A DNA stretch of 64,000 nt from Rhodospirillales bacterium (GCA_023898765.1 CP060238.1:428094-492093); one strand, 5' to 3'. Shown: positions 10,248-21,415, counted from the first letter of the stretch. The notes: generated by a model from the letters alone, not told the origin. A program made the numbers and translations.

Positions 10248-11160
10248 CGTTGCGATGAGACAGGCGCTGTAAAACTTCATCCAGCTGATCCAGCGATTTG
10301 AATTCAACGGAGAGCTTTCCCGCATGCCCGTCTTTCATGTCAACGCTGACCCGCATCCCCAGCACCGCCGATACTTCATTCTCCAGCGCCAGAGTATCCG
10401 CGTCTTTTGACGGTTTCGAAGACTTCCCCGATGTGGAGCGATGCCGAACCTCACGCCCCGCCACCTCGGCCGCCAGTTTCTCCGCCTGACGTACGGACAG
10501 CCCCTTGCTGATAATTTCCTGCGCCAGAAGAGTTGGGTTTGCAGACCCGACAAGGGCGCGCGCATGCCCGGCAGACAGTTCCCCCCTGCCAACCATCCCC
10601 TGCACACTTTCCGGAAGCTGGAGCAGCCGGATCATATTCGAAACATGGCTTCTGCTCTTCCCAACGACCTCGCCGACAGATTCCTTTGAATTTCCGAATT
10701 CGTCAATTAAACGCTGATATCCTTTTGCTTCTTCAATCGGGGTTAAATCCTGCCGCTGCAAATTTTCTATTAAGGCAATCTGCAGCGTATCCGCATCATC
10801 CAGATCCCGGACAACCACCGGCAATTCATGTATTTGAGCAAGCTGCGCGGCGCGCCACCTGCGCTCGCCGGCAATAATTTCATATTTCTCCGCATCGTGT
10901 TTGTGCGGACGCACCAGAATCGGCTGGAGGATGCCGTGTTCCTGAATGGAAGAGGCCAGTTCGTCCAGAGTATCATCATTGAAATAATGGCGCGGCTGAT
11001 CCGGATTCGGAACAAGTTGTCCTATACCAATCATTTTTCCCGCTGCGCCCCTCTGCCCCCCGGAAACATGCATACCGGAATCCGGAGAGGAAAAACTTTC
11101 TTCCTCATCCTCAAATAAAGCATCCAGCCCGCGGCCCAATCCTCTTTGTTTCGGAGTCAT
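10237..11160 (-). CDS. parB: chromosome partitioning protein ParB
   Basis: ParB-box IIAGERRWRAA, HTH region, LGRGLDAL N-terminal motif. Adjacent to parA. Confidence 0.95.
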   Translation of the reverse strand: MTPKQRGLGRGLDALFEDEEESFSSPDSGMHVSGGQRGAAGKMIGIGQLVPNPDQPRHYFNDDTLDELASSIQEHGILQPILVRPHKHDAEKYEIIAGERRWRAAQLAQIHELPVVVRDLDDADTLQIALIENLQRQDLTPIEEAKGYQRLIDEFGNSKESVGEVVGKSRSHVSNMIRLLQLPESVQGMVGRGELSAGHARALVGSANPTLLAQEIISKGLSVRQAEKLAAEVAGREVRHRSTSGKSSKPSKDADTLALENEVSAVLGMRVSVDMKDGHAGKLSVEFKSLDQLDEVLQRLSHRNVSE

Positions 11161-11180
11161 CTTTCTTTTGCCTTTTTGTT

Positions 11181-12083
11181 TTACATCGCCGGCGCGGAAG
11201 AAACCTGACCGGAATCAGCCCGTACCGGTGGAAGCCCCGTCGCCAAAAGCTTCTTCTCCCGCCTTAAAATTTCGGCCGCCAGAGAAATATAAGCCCGCGC
11301 ACCAGAGCAGTTCATATCATACACAATAGCCGGCAAACCGTGGGAAGGCGCTTCGGATAAACGTACATTACGGGGAATAACCGTTTTATAAACCTTGTCG
11401 CCGAAAAACTTGCGCACATCCTCCGCCACCATATTGGAAAGATTGTTGCGCCCGTCAAACATCGTCAGGACCACCCCGTGAATATCCAGCCGCGCATTAA
11501 AACTTTTCCGGACGCGATCAATTGTCTTCGTCAGATGGGACAGCCCCTCCAGCGCATAAAATTCGCATTGAAGCGGCACCACAATCGAATCTGCCGCCAC
11601 CAATGCATTCAGCGTCAAAAGGCTTAAGGAAGGCGGACAATCGATCACGATGTAATCATAAGGCAACGGCACCCGCAAAGCGTCCTGCAGGCGGTATTCG
11701 CGCCGGCGCGCATTGACAAGCTCAATCTCCGCGCCGGACAAGTGAATGGAAGACGGCAAAACATGCAGGCCAGGCACCTTTGTTTCCTGCGCCGCTTTCG
11801 TCACGGGCTCCCCGTCGAAAATAACGTCATAGGTACTGGTCCGCAGCGCAGCGCGGCGCAGACCAAGGCCCGTGCTGGCGTTCCCTTGCGGATCCAGATC
11901 AACGAGCAAAACCTTTTTGCCGATCGCGCTTAACGCCGTGGCCAGATTGACGGATGTCGTGGTTTTACCGACCCCGCCTTTCTGGTTGGCAACCGCCAGA
12001 ATACGGGGGATGCGGCCGGCCGGCGCCGATGTCATGGATCTTTTGTTTTTACTCAAATTACTGGAATAGGGGTAACGGGTCAT
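11181..12083 (-). CDS. parA: chromosome partitioning ATPase ParA/Soj
   Basis: Deviant Walker A NQKGGVGKTT. Start uncertain: ATG 12083 has a GGAGGG SD, ATG 12035 is the alternative. Confidence 0.93.
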   Translation of the reverse strand: MTRYPYSSNLSKNKRSMTSAPAGRIPRILAVANQKGGVGKTTTSVNLATALSAIGKKVLLVDLDPQGNASTGLGLRRAALRTSTYDVIFDGEPVTKAAQETKVPGLHVLPSSIHLSGAEIELVNARRREYRLQDALRVPLPYDYIVIDCPPSLSLLTLNALVAADSIVVPLQCEFYALEGLSHLTKTIDRVRKSFNARLDIHGVVLTMFDGRNNLSNMVAEDVRKFFGDKVYKTVIPRNVRLSEAPSHGLPAIVYDMNCSGARAYISLAAEILRREKKLLATGLPPVRADSGQVSSAPAM

Positions 12084-12181
12084 ACGGGGGACCACCCTCC
12101 ACTTGTTTCGTTTTTGAAGATGAAAATATAGTGGAGGACAGGTGCCTGAAAGTCAAGAAAATAAGCGGCTTTAGCCCTTGT

Positions 12182-12829
12182 TTATGCACATCGGGCCGGC
12201 AAGCGCCGCACCTGTTTCAGGACCAGAATATGCGCTTTCCCTTCTGTCCGGCTTGGATGTTTTTCGAGATCAAACGCCCATTTTTGACGGGCCAGACTCA
12301 CTTCTTCCTCCGCTTTTTCCCCTTTGGGAAAAACCAGCTTCAGATCAGGATTTTTTTCTCCCCAAACCCGGCAATATTCCAAAAGCCGCTCCAAAGGAGC
12401 AAGCGCCCGCGCCGTAATAATATCGGGCGCCGCATCCAGCGCCTGCGCCGCGTCTTCTATCCGCATATTATGGATGGTAACTTTTGTCCTTGTTTCACGT
12501 GAAACCGCCCCCAGAAAAGCGCATTTTTTTTCATCCGACTCGACCAGATGAACATCCAGATCGGGCCGCACAATCGCGAGAACCAGTCCCGGGAACCCCG
12601 CGCCGGAACCTATATCAAACAAAGTTTGCGGTGAATCCGGAATATAGTTTATGAGCTGGAGCGAATCTTTAAAATGCCGTTCCCATGCCTTTGCAAGGGT
12701 TTTTGGGCTCACCAGATTTATTTTGGGCTGCCATTTTTGCAAAAGCGCCTGATAAGCCTCTAACCTGTCCCTTGTTTCACGTGAAACGTTTCCCGTAAAA
12801 TCAGGCAAGGTTTTTACTCCTGTTATCAC
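12182..12829 (-). CDS. rsmG: 16S rRNA (guanine527-N7)-methyltransferase RsmG
   Basis: N-terminal [12 protein letters not shown] motif [10 protein letters not shown]. gidA-gidB synteny. GTG start. Confidence 0.9.
   Translation of the reverse strand: MITGVKTLPDFTGNVSRETRDRLEAYQALLQKWQPKINLVSPKTLAKAWERHFKDSLQLINYIPDSPQTLFDIGSGAGFPGLVLAIVRPDLDVHLVESDEKKCAFLGAVSRETRTKVTIHNMRIEDAAQALDAAPDIITARALAPLERLLEYCRVWGEKNPDLKLVFPKGEKAEEEVSLARQKWAFDLEKHPSRTEGKAHILVLKQVRRLPARCA
12491..12506. promoter_or_regulatory. parS centromere-like site (15/16 match)
   Basis: TGTTTCACGTGAAACC versus the palindromic consensus TGTTTCACGTGAAACA. Lies inside rsmG. Confidence 0.8.
12773..12788. promoter_or_regulatory. parS centromere-like site (15/16 match)
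   Basis: TGTTTCACGTGAAACG. Inside the 5' end of rsmG, where it encodes the VSRET motif. Confidence 0.8.
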
Positions 12830-14687
12830 GCTTCACATGGCGTAAGAGCGCCATCAATGCCGCCGGCGTAACCCCGGGGATACGGGACGCCGCCCCCAAT
12901 GTTTCGGGGCGCACAAGTTCGAGCTTTTGGCGCACTTCATTGGACAGGCTGCCCACGGACCTGTAATCCAGCGCCGCGGGAAGCTTCAGGGCTTCATCCT
13001 TCCGAAAAGCCGTGATATCCGCCTCCTGCCGGTCCATATATCCGGCATAAGCGGCATCAATTTCAATTTGCTCCCGAATGTCGCCGCGCACCTCTTCCAT
13101 TTCCGGCCAGAGACGGGACAAACTCTCCCAGTACACACTGGGATAACGCAGCAGGTCAAACGCACTCCGCCGGCGGCCGTCCTGATTGACAGGCAGGCCT
13201 TTTTTAGCCAGTTCGTCCGGCGTTCCGGAAAGCGTTTCCTGCAATAATGTCCGGGCGGCCCCCAGCGCTTCTTTCTTTTGCCGCCACGCCGCCTGACGTA
13301 AAGCCCCGACACAGCCCAGCGCAATGCCTTTATCCGTTAAACGCTGGTCCGCATTATCCGCGCGAAGCTTCAGACGGTATTCCGCGCGGGACGTAAACAT
13401 CCGGTAGGGCTCCGGCGCCCCGTGGGTGGTCAGGTCGTCAATCAATACCCCTATATAGGCTTCCGCGCGATCAAGCACGAAAGGCTTCACCGTTTCATGC
13501 GAAACACGCCCCACCTGTAGCGCCGCGTTCAACCCCGCCATAAGCCCCTGCGCCGCCGCTTCCTCATAACCGGTCGATCCATTGATCTGCCCCGCCATAA
13601 AAAGTCCGGAAAGTCTTTTTGATTCAAGGGTTTGCTTAAGCTCGCGCGGGTCACAATAATCATATTCGATGGCATAGGCCCATTCCAGAACCTCCACATT
13701 CTCAAGCCCTTTAATCGTTTTCAAAAAAGCGGCCTGAACCTCGATCGGCAGGGCATTCGACATCCCGTTCGGATAAACCGTCGGATCCTCCAGCCCTTCC
13801 GGTTCCAGAAAAACCTGGTGACGGTTTTTGTCCGCAAAGCGAACGACTTTGTCCTCGATAGACGGGCAATAACGCGGCCCGGTGCCTTCAATCTGACCGG
13901 AATACATCGGGGCGCGATGAAGATTGTCACGAATGATTTTGTGGGTTTCTTCATTCGTATAGGTAATGCCGCATTCAATCTGCGGCAGGGTAATTTTGTC
14001 ATTCATATAGGAAAAAGGCACGGGCGCCGCATCGGCTTTTTGCATTTCCAGCGCCGTCCACTCAATCGTGCGCCCATCCAGACGGGCGGGGGTCCCGGTT
14101 TTAAGACGGCCCAAAGGAAAGCCGAGCCGCTCCAGCGTCCGGGCAAGCCCTACCGCCGGCGCATCCCCCACGCGGCCCGCGGGGGTCTTTTCTTCTCCGC
14201 GATGAATAAGGCCGCGCAAAAAGGTTCCGGTGGTTAAAACGACCGCTTTACAGCGGATTTCGAGCCCTTCCAGCGTTCGAACACCCGCAATTCCGCCGTT
14301 TTCAAGAATAAGGTCTTCGGCGCCGCCCTCGATCAGCGTCAGGTTGGGCGTTTCCTTCAAGGCCGTCTGCATCGCTTTTTTATAGAGCTTCCGGTCGGCC
14401 TGCGCCCGCGGACCGCGCACCGCCGGGCCTTTGGACGCATTCAACATGCGAAACTGAATCCCCGCCTGATCGATAACCCGGCCCATCAGCCCGTCCAGCG
14501 CATCGATTTCCCGCACCAGATGCCCCTTGCCAAGCCCGCCAATAGCCGGATTGCAGGACATGGCGCCAATCGTGTCGATCTTATGGGTCAGCAGGGCCGT
14601 CTTTGCGCCCATCCGGGCCGCTGCCGCTGCCGCCTCGCAACCCGCATGCCCGCCGCCAATCACAACAATATCAAACGTCTCGCTCAT
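12801..14687 (-). CDS. mnmG: tRNA uridine 5-carboxymethylaminomethyl modification enzyme MnmG (GidA)
   Basis: FAD motif [12 protein letters not shown]. 628 aa from ATG 14687 (MSETFDIVV). Confidence 0.97.
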   Translation of the reverse strand: MSETFDIVVIGGGHAGCEAAAAAARMGAKTALLTHKIDTIGAMSCNPAIGGLGKGHLVREIDALDGLMGRVIDQAGIQFRMLNASKGPAVRGPRAQADRKLYKKAMQTALKETPNLTLIEGGAEDLILENGGIAGVRTLEGLEIRCKAVVLTTGTFLRGLIHRGEEKTPAGRVGDAPAVGLARTLERLGFPLGRLKTGTPARLDGRTIEWTALEMQKADAAPVPFSYMNDKITLPQIECGITYTNEETHKIIRDNLHRAPMYSGQIEGTGPRYCPSIEDKVVRFADKNRHQVFLEPEGLEDPTVYPNGMSNALPIEVQAAFLKTIKGLENVEVLEWAYAIEYDYCDPRELKQTLESKRLSGLFMAGQINGSTGYEEAAAQGLMAGLNAALQVGRVSHETVKPFVLDRAEAYIGVLIDDLTTHGAPEPYRMFTSRAEYRLKLRADNADQRLTDKGIALGCVGALRQAAWRQKKEALGAARTLLQETLSGTPDELAKKGLPVNQDGRRRSAFDLLRYPSVYWESLSRLWPEMEEVRGDIREQIEIDAAYAGYMDRQEADITAFRKDEALKLPAALDYRSVGSLSNEVRQKLELVRPETLGAASRIPGVTPAALMALLRHVKRDNRSKNLA

Positions 14688-14725
14688 GGCCGCCTTTATA
14701 ATACGAAAATATCCCAAAAAGCTAT

Positions 14726-16069
14726 TTATTTTCCAATGCAGAAATCTTTGAAAATGACATCCAGCAAGTCTTCTACGTCCACACGGCCCGTAATCCGGCC
14801 CAGCGCACGCACGGCAAGACGCAAGTCTTCGGCCATGAGTTCCGGCAGCGGCGCCGAAAGCGATTTCTCAAGAGCGGCAAGACATTCCTCCAGCGCTGCG
14901 CGGTGACGCGCGCGGGTCAAAACCGGAGTCTCGCGCTGCCCGATCAACATTTTGATTTTTTCTATCAACGCCGCCATAAGGTCGTCCAGGCCCTCACCGG
15001 TTTTGACGGATAATTTTATGCCCTCTTTCATGCCCCCGGGAGGCGAGGATTCGAACACATCACGCTTGTTCAAAACGGTAATTGCCTTCTCGTTTACCAG
15101 AGCGGCCGTGCCGGGATCGAGCCGATCCGCGCTGCCGTCAAAAAGAAGGAGCCGGATATCCGCTTCTTCCGCCCGCTGCAACGCGCGTCTGATGCCTTCC
15201 GATTCAATCGCTCCATGGGCATCCTCTCCCACCTGACCGGGCCGCAAGCCCGCGGTATCCGAGAGAATCACCGGATATCCGCCCAGATCCAGATGCACCT
15301 CGATCACATCACGGGTGGTCCCCGCCAGATCCGAGACTATTGCGACATCGCGCCGGGCCAGCGCGTTGACAAGAGACGATTTTCCGGCATTCGGCGCCCC
15401 GATCACCGCCACATGAATCCCGTGCCGCAAACGCTCCCCGCGCCGGTTATCGTTCAGATGGTCTTTGATTTCGCATTTCAGTTTTTCAATCTGCGGACGC
15501 ATTTTTTCGATCTCGCTGTCCGGAACATCTTCGTCTGGAAAATCAATCACAGCCTCTATATAGGCCAATGTTTTCACCAGCGCCGCCCGCCACCCGTCAT
15601 AAAGCCTCGAAAGGGCGCCGCCCATCTGGGCCAAAGCCTGACGGCGCTGTGCCTGCGTTTCCGCATCGATTAAATCGGCAACGGCCTCGGCTTCCGTTAA
15701 ATCCATTTTACCGTTTTCGAAGGCCCGGCGCGTAAATTCGCCCGGCTCGGCGGGGCGATGGCCGCTCATCTGTGACAAGGCCGATAAAACGCCCTCTATA
15801 ACAGCCGGAGAACCATGGCAGTGATATTCCACGATATCTTCACCGGTAAAACTGGCCGGCGCCCTGAAGCCAATCACAACCGCTTCATCCAATGTTTCAC
15901 GTGAAACAGGATCAACAAGCCTGCGCAAATCCGCCTGACGCACGGACGGCACTTTATTATTACAAATCAAAGACTTAAGGGAGTTCCAGCTTTCCGGACC
16001 GGACACACGTATAACGGCAACGCCCCCTTTTCCCGGTGCGGAAGACAGCGCATAGACCGTATCAATCAT
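14726..16069 (-). CDS. mnmE: tRNA modification GTPase MnmE (TrmE)
   Basis: G1 [18 protein letters not shown]-terminal FCIGK. Confidence 0.97.
   Translation of the reverse strand: MIDTVYALSSAPGKGGVAVIRVSGPESWNSLKSLICNNKVPSVRQADLRRLVDPVSRETLDEAVVIGFRAPASFTGEDIVEYHCHGSPAVIEGVLSALSQMSGHRPAEPGEFTRRAFENGKMDLTEAEAVADLIDAETQAQRRQALAQMGGALSRLYDGWRAALVKTLAYIEAVIDFPDEDVPDSEIEKMRPQIEKLKCEIKDHLNDNRRGERLRHGIHVAVIGAPNAGKSSLVNALARRDVAIVSDLAGTTRDVIEVHLDLGGYPVILSDTAGLRPGQVGEDAHGAIESEGIRRALQRAEEADIRLLLFDGSADRLDPGTAALVNEKAITVLNKRDVFESSPPGGMKEGIKLSVKTGEGLDDLMAALIEKIKMLIGQRETPVLTRARHRAALEECLAALEKSLSAPLPELMAEDLRLAVRALGRITGRVDVEDLLDVIFKDFCIGK
15893..15908. promoter_or_regulatory. parS centromere-like site (perfect 16-bp palindrome)
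   Basis: TGTTTCACGTGAAACA, inside mnmE. Confidence 0.9.
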
Positions 16070-16347
16070 GCCTTTTTCTTGGATTTAGAGGCCGGCGCCT
16101 CTTCCGAAGACGGCGGCATGCCAATTCCCATCTGCTGCCAGAACATTTTCTGCATATCCTGCATCCCTTGAAATCCGGATGGAAACCACGTTTTCATCAA
16201 TGTTTCAGGGTCGAGAGAACGAATATTTTCTGCCATACGCTCTTCCAGCGTCTCCATCATTTTTTCCTGCATCGGCAGAACATCCGGCAGCCCTAAAAAA
16301 CGACGGGCCTCTTCCGGCGTACAATCAATATCAAAATTAAACTTCAT
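16066..16347 (-). CDS. small hypothetical protein, 93 aa, translationally coupled to mnmE
   Basis: ATG 16347 (MKFNFDIDCTPEEARRF...). Its stop overlaps the mnmE ATG as ATGA. M/Q-rich C-terminus. Confidence 0.55.
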   Translation of the reverse strand: MKFNFDIDCTPEEARRFLGLPDVLPMQEKMMETLEERMAENIRSLDPETLMKTWFPSGFQGMQDMQKMFWQQMGIGMPPSSEEAPASKSKKKA

Positions 16348-16430
16348 GACAGTCCGTCTCCTGTTTTGCCTTTTATGGAGTCTGTGGTAAATGATTTCAC
16401 TGGGAGACTCAAGAAACAAAGGCTTTAACC

Positions 16431-17129
16431 ATGTCAAATATCACTTTGGCCGCAAGAGACGGCGGCGCCTTTAACGCCTATATCGCGATGCCCGCAAAAA
16501 CCCCCGCGCCGACCGTAATCGTCATTCAGGAAATTTTCGGGGTCAATGAAGGTATCCGGAAAAAATGCGACTGGCTTGCCAGCGAGGGATTTATTGCTGT
16601 CGCGCCGGATATTTACTGGCGTATCGAACCGGATATCCAGCTAACGGACCAAACGCCGGAAGAATGGGAGAAGGCGCTCGATCTAATGAACAGGCTGGAT
16701 ATGGAAATGGCCGTTGAAGATTTGCGCGCAACCAGGCACGCCTTTCGCGGTCATGCCGATTCCACCGGACGGGTTGGCGCGATCGGTTATTGTCTTGGCG
16801 GCAAACTGGTTTACCTTCTTGGCTGTCAAAGCGATATCGACGCCTGCGTCGCCTATCACGGCGTCGGGCTCGAAAACCTGCTGGCACAGGCTGATAATTT
16901 AAAGCACCCGATGATGCTCCAAATGCCCGAAGAAGACGAATATGTTCCCGAAGACGCGCAGCAAAAAATTAAAAACGCCCTGGCCGGAAACGATTTTGTA
17001 ACCATTCATTCCTATCCGGGACTAAAGCACGCCTTTACGCGTTATAAAGGACAAAACTATGACGAAGCAGGAGCGCAGCTTGCGGACAAACGCACGCTGG
17101 ATTTCCTGAAACGCAATCTGGGCCTTTAG
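16431..17129 (+). CDS. dienelactone hydrolase family protein
   Basis: 232 aa. Nucleophile elbow GYCLGG and alpha/beta-hydrolase layout typical of carboxymethylenebutenolidases. Confidence 0.85.
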   Translation: MSNITLAARDGGAFNAYIAMPAKTPAPTVIVIQEIFGVNEGIRKKCDWLASEGFIAVAPDIYWRIEPDIQLTDQTPEEWEKALDLMNRLDMEMAVEDLRATRHAFRGHADSTGRVGAIGYCLGGKLVYLLGCQSDIDACVAYHGVGLENLLAQADNLKHPMMLQMPEEDEYVPEDAQQKIKNALAGNDFVTIHSYPGLKHAFTRYKGQNYDEAGAQLADKRTLDFLKRNLGL

Positions 17130-17144
17130 GAAAGAAAAAACGAC

Positions 17145-18752
17145 GTGAGTCATTTAAACACCGAAGACCAGCAACTTGCGGCCAGTGCTCTCAAGACCAT
17201 ACGGAGCTTATGCAGCGGAAACGGCCTCAAAGCCGAATCAATTACCCTTTCTTCCCTGGATATAAAAACGCTGACCAATTCCGCCAGCACGTTTTTAGAA
17301 ATAAAACCGCAGCTTCAGGAAAGAAAAAGTGCCGGAAAACAGGTAAGCGGCACGCTCGTCCACAGTAAAGCCGACGCCATGAAAGCCATTGACGGAATGA
17401 TCGGCGGGGCCGTCCGGGATGCCGGTGCACGTCAACAAATCCTTGCGCAATTACAACAAAGACCGGACAAGGGTTTTGGATTAAACGGCACGACAATCAA
17501 TCTCGATTTTTTAAGCCAGGATTTTACGTGGCACGAAAACTGTAACCATTGCAACGGGCAGGGAAAATCCGCCTGTCCCCGATGTCACGGGCAAAAAATG
17601 GAACAGTGTTCGCAGTGTCAGGGCCGCATGATGATCCCGTGCAACATCTGCCGCAATACCGGACATGTGCAGGGACCGGACGGACAGCAGAAAATCTGCA
17701 CAAAGTGCCAGGGGCAGCGCCGGATGATCTGCCCGCTTTGCCGCCGGGCCGGAAAAATTCCCTGCCGGCAATGCCGCGCCAGCGGGTATATGAACTGTCC
17801 TTCCTGCAACGGCACGGGGGTTTTCAGCCATATTACCCATCTTTCCGCGCAGGGATTGACTTATTTTGAATTCGACCGTTCCCCGCTCCCGCCCGCCGTG
17901 GCAAATCTCGTAGATAAAGAAGCGCCCGCCCTTGTCGTAAACGGCCATATCCAGGTTTCAAGCGAAGCGGCCGATGCAAAAAACGGAGCGCTGGGGCTAA
18001 GTTACGAAATGCTTTTTCCTTACGGTGAAATTATATTCAGCCTGCGCAAAAAAAGACTTAAAGCCCATTTATTCGGATACAAAGCACGGCTTCTCGACCT
18101 GCCGCCTTTCTTGAACAGCCTTATCGCGCCGGGTCTCAGGGAACTCGAAGCCGCCGCCGTCGGACAGGGGAATGTGGCTGGAAAAATAAAAAAAGCAAGC
18201 CGTTACCGCCTTCTGGGACTGGCCCTTGTCAATGCCGCCCAAAGCTCTACACGCAAAACGACAAACATCCTGCGTCAAAAATATCCCATCGGCCTGAAAA
18301 AGGGCACCCTGACAAAAATTACGGACGATGCCGCACGCGCCACCGCCCACATCACCCGCAAGCCCCGTTATTACGGGCTGGCGGCGGGTCTTGTTTTAAC
18401 GGGCCTTTTATACGCGCTTTATTACCTGGGCCCGGTACAAGGACTTCTCGCGCCATATATTCCGAATAAAAACCTCTCAGCGGCGATGGACGGAATGCTT
18501 GTTGTTATCGGCTGTGTTTTGACCACCTTTTCGATCCAGATGAGCGCCCGCAAAGCCCTGCGCGATGCGATCGGGCACCTTGTTCCGGACCCTCAAAGAA
18601 AAAAACTCGTCCCCAGAACACATTCCAGCCGCTGGATCGGATATGCAGGATCTGTCGCGCTTTATTTTATCGTCATCGAAGTGGCCGCACATGTCGAGGG
18701 CGCCGCGCCGCCTGTCTGGTACGGCGCCTTGCGCAACATGCTGGGGCTATAA
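17145..18752 (+). CDS. membrane protein with an eight-fold CxxCxGxG zinc-finger array (DnaJ cysteine-rich-domain-like)
   Basis: CNHCNGQG, CPRCHGQK, CSQCQGRM, CNICRNTG, CTKCQGQR, CPLCRRAG, CRQCRASG, CPSCNGTG in about 100 aa. Three hydrophobic helices near the C-terminus. GTG start. Confidence 0.6.
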   Translation: MSHLNTEDQQLAASALKTIRSLCSGNGLKAESITLSSLDIKTLTNSASTFLEIKPQLQERKSAGKQVSGTLVHSKADAMKAIDGMIGGAVRDAGARQQILAQLQQRPDKGFGLNGTTINLDFLSQDFTWHENCNHCNGQGKSACPRCHGQKMEQCSQCQGRMMIPCNICRNTGHVQGPDGQQKICTKCQGQRRMICPLCRRAGKIPCRQCRASGYMNCPSCNGTGVFSHITHLSAQGLTYFEFDRSPLPPAVANLVDKEAPALVVNGHIQVSSEAADAKNGALGLSYEMLFPYGEIIFSLRKKRLKAHLFGYKARLLDLPPFLNSLIAPGLRELEAAAVGQGNVAGKIKKASRYRLLGLALVNAAQSSTRKTTNILRQKYPIGLKKGTLTKITDDAARATAHITRKPRYYGLAAGLVLTGLLYALYYLGPVQGLLAPYIPNKNLSAAMDGMLVVIGCVLTTFSIQMSARKALRDAIGHLVPDPQRKKLVPRTHSSRWIGYAGSVALYFIVIEVAAHVEGAAPPVWYGALRNMLGL

Positions 18753-18789
18753 AAAAACCGCTCCGGCGGGTTCAAGCCAACCGGAGCGG
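18751..18789 (-). terminator. hairpin terminator, T-run on the minus strand
   Basis: CCGCTCCGG/CCGGAGCGG stem. The A7 run on the plus strand becomes T7 after the stem on the minus strand. Confidence 0.5.
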
Positions 18790-19055
18790 TCTTAAGCGAC
18801 GCGAGGGACATTGCGCCTATAACGCACGCGACTTTTTATCTGCAGCCTTTTTAAAGGTCTTTTCGGATCTCCGGGGGCAAAACGGAAAAGCCAGACAAGA
18901 CCCAAGCCACGCTCAAAAGCCGCCTTGCATTCCAGCAGGGCGCTGGTTTTGGTTCAGTGCAGGATCTTCTTTTTTGAGAAGGGGAAGGTAAAAATCCGCC
19001 TGAACCGGGGAGAAAAAACATCTAAAACCGGAATTAAAATTCAAAGGAGCAGCTG

Positions 19056-19098
19056 AAAAAAGGGCCGCGCTCCATACAAAAGCGCGCCCTTTTTCTTT
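19056..19098. terminator. bidirectional hairpin terminator
   Basis: AAAAAAGGGCCGCGC ... GCGCGCCCTTTTT, with an A-run before and a T-run after the stem. Confidence 0.5.
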
Positions 19099-19376
19099 GC
19101 AAAAGCCGCGGAGGGACTTGCTGCAACACAAATCCGGTTTTCTACGAAACCCTGACATTTTCTCACCATTTAATCGTCTGTTTAGACAAACGCCTTATAT
19201 TTTTATTTCCTTGCCGGCGTTTTTGATTGTCTTTCGTCCTTTTGTTATTAGAGCACGAATAGATGCATTATGGCAAATAATATCGTTTCGAAATTTCAGC
19301 GTATCTATTTCAAATAAAAGGAAAATTTTAGACAAAAGAAGCAGGCTGTGGCGATATTCGCCACCCGCAAGCGGTT

Positions 19377-20627
19377 TTACTGATTCATGGATGTGAAGAA
19401 CTCATCGTTTGTCTTGGACGTTTTGAGCTTTCCAAGCAGAAACTCGGCGGCATCGACGGTTCCCATCGGATTGAGGATGCGGCGCAAAATCCACATTTTT
19501 TGCAACGTAACCTTGTCAACCAGAAGCTCTTCTTTCCGTGTGCCGGATTTTTGAATGTCAATGGCAGGGAAAATACGCTTATCGGCAATTTTGCGGTCCA
19601 TGACAATCTCGCAGTTACCCGTCCCCTTGAATTCTTCAAAGATCACCTCGTCCATCCGGCTGCCCGTTTCAATCAGGGCCGTGGAGATAATGGTCAGCGA
19701 ACCGCCCTGTTCGATGTTACGGGCGGCGCCAAAGAACCGTTTCGGGCGCTGCAGGGCATTGGCATCCACCCCGCCGGTTAAAACCTTACCGGAAGACGGT
19801 ACAACCGTATTATAAGCCCGCGCCAGGCGGGTAATGGAATCGAGCAAAATGACAACATCGCGCTTATGCTCGACAAGGCGCTTGGCTTTTTCAAGCACCA
19901 TTTCCGCCACCTGAACGTGACGTGTGGCAGGTTCGTCAAATGTAGAGGAAATAACCTCCCCGCGTACGCTTCGCGCCATATCCGTCACCTCTTCAGGCCG
20001 CTCGTCAATCAAAAGGACAAGCAGATAGGCATCGGGATGGTTGGCCGCAATGGAATGCGCAATATTTTGCAGCATCACCGTTTTACCCGTACGTGGCGGC
20101 GCCACAAGCAAGGCACGCTGGCCAAACCCGATCGGAGAGACCAGCTCGATAACGCGCTGGGTCATCGCTTTGGGATCGTCTATTTCCAGATCGATTTTAC
20201 GCTCGGGATACAGGGGCGTCAGGTTATCGAAATTGATGCGGTGGCGCACCTTGTCCGGGGAATCCCCGTTAATGGAATTTACCCTCAGGAGCGCAAAATA
20301 ACGCTCCGAATCCTTGGGCGCACGAATGCCCCCTTCCACGATATCCCCCGTACGCAAGCCAAAACGGCGTACCTGCGAGGGCGAAACGTAAATATCGTCG
20401 GGTCCGGGCAAGTAGTTTTCTTCCGGCGCACGCAAAAATCCAAAACCATCCTGCAGGACTTCCAGAACGCCGCCGCCCGCAATCGGTACCCCCTGATCCG
20501 CCAGCTTTTTGAGAATTGAAAACATCATGTCCTGCTTGCGCATGGAGGCACAATTTTCAATATCCAGTTCCTCGGCAAAGGCCAGAAGCTCGGCAGGGGA
20601 TCTGTTTTTAAGTTCCTGTAAATTCAT
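19377..20627 (-). CDS. rho: transcription termination factor Rho
   Basis: 416 aa. Rho N-terminal and RNA-binding regions, Walker A PPRTGKT. A long AT-rich upstream leader (20628-20900) is typical of rho. Confidence 0.98.
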   Translation of the reverse strand: MNLQELKNRSPAELLAFAEELDIENCASMRKQDMMFSILKKLADQGVPIAGGGVLEVLQDGFGFLRAPEENYLPGPDDIYVSPSQVRRFGLRTGDIVEGGIRAPKDSERYFALLRVNSINGDSPDKVRHRINFDNLTPLYPERKIDLEIDDPKAMTQRVIELVSPIGFGQRALLVAPPRTGKTVMLQNIAHSIAANHPDAYLLVLLIDERPEEVTDMARSVRGEVISSTFDEPATRHVQVAEMVLEKAKRLVEHKRDVVILLDSITRLARAYNTVVPSSGKVLTGGVDANALQRPKRFFGAARNIEQGGSLTIISTALIETGSRMDEVIFEEFKGTGNCEIVMDRKIADKRIFPAIDIQKSGTRKEELLVDKVTLQKMWILRRILNPMGTVDAAEFLLGKLKTSKTNDEFFTSMNQ

Positions 20628-20949
20628 GATTTTTAGATTTTTTAGATTATAGGATAAAAATTATTCTCAAGTTATCGGCGAATTACCTTCGTTTTTCCGC
20701 CTGTTTTTTTAAATGTGGTGTCTTTCTTTATTTTTCTTAAAGGGCTAAACCCTCTTTGGAATAGCGCGGTTTTCCGGCGCTGAAATCATACTAAATGTCG
20801 TGAAATCCTTGTAAAGACAGGCTCGTTATAGCTACCTCTTACCATAGAGTCAAGGGGGTAAATGCCAAAAAGCACTAAAAGACAGGCCCTCCGTCCCTCA
20901 CGTAGCGTTTTGAAGGTCTTTTGCCGTTCCGGAACGCCGGACAAACAGC

Positions 20950-21396
20950 CTAAAACGGCTTTGCAACGGCCATTAACACAATCACGATCATTAAAATTGT
21001 CGGGATTTCATTCCAGATCCGGTAAAAACGCGGATTTCTTGTATTTTCATCACGCTCGAACGTTTTGCGCCAGCGCGCATACAGTCCGTGAACCCCCGTC
21101 ATCAAAACAATGGCCGTTAATTTGATATGCATCCACGGAGCTTGCAACAGGTCCGGATTCCCCCAGAACATCAAACCGCCAAAGAGGAACGCCGCAATCA
21201 TTGCGGGATTGATAATAAAGCGCAGCAGGCGCCGTTCCATAATTTTGAGCGTTTCGGACAGTTCCGAGCCTGCCACAGCCTGCGCATGATAGACAAAAAG
21301 CCGCGGCAAATAGAGCATACCCGCCATCCACGCCATTACGGAAATTATATGGAGCGCCTTGATCCAGAGATAATGTTCGAGAAGAAAAGATTGCAT
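20950..21396 (-). CDS. hemJ: protoporphyrinogen oxidase HemJ
   Basis: 148 aa, 4-TM. WIKALHIISVMAWMAGMLYLPRLFVYH signature. Clustered with hemH and hemE. Confidence 0.85.
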   Translation of the reverse strand: MQSFLLEHYLWIKALHIISVMAWMAGMLYLPRLFVYHAQAVAGSELSETLKIMERRLLRFIINPAMIAAFLFGGLMFWGNPDLLQAPWMHIKLTAIVLMTGVHGLYARWRKTFERDENTRNPRFYRIWNEIPTILMIVIVLMAVAKPF

Positions 21397-21415
21397 AAAG
21401 TGTTTTTAATCTCTT

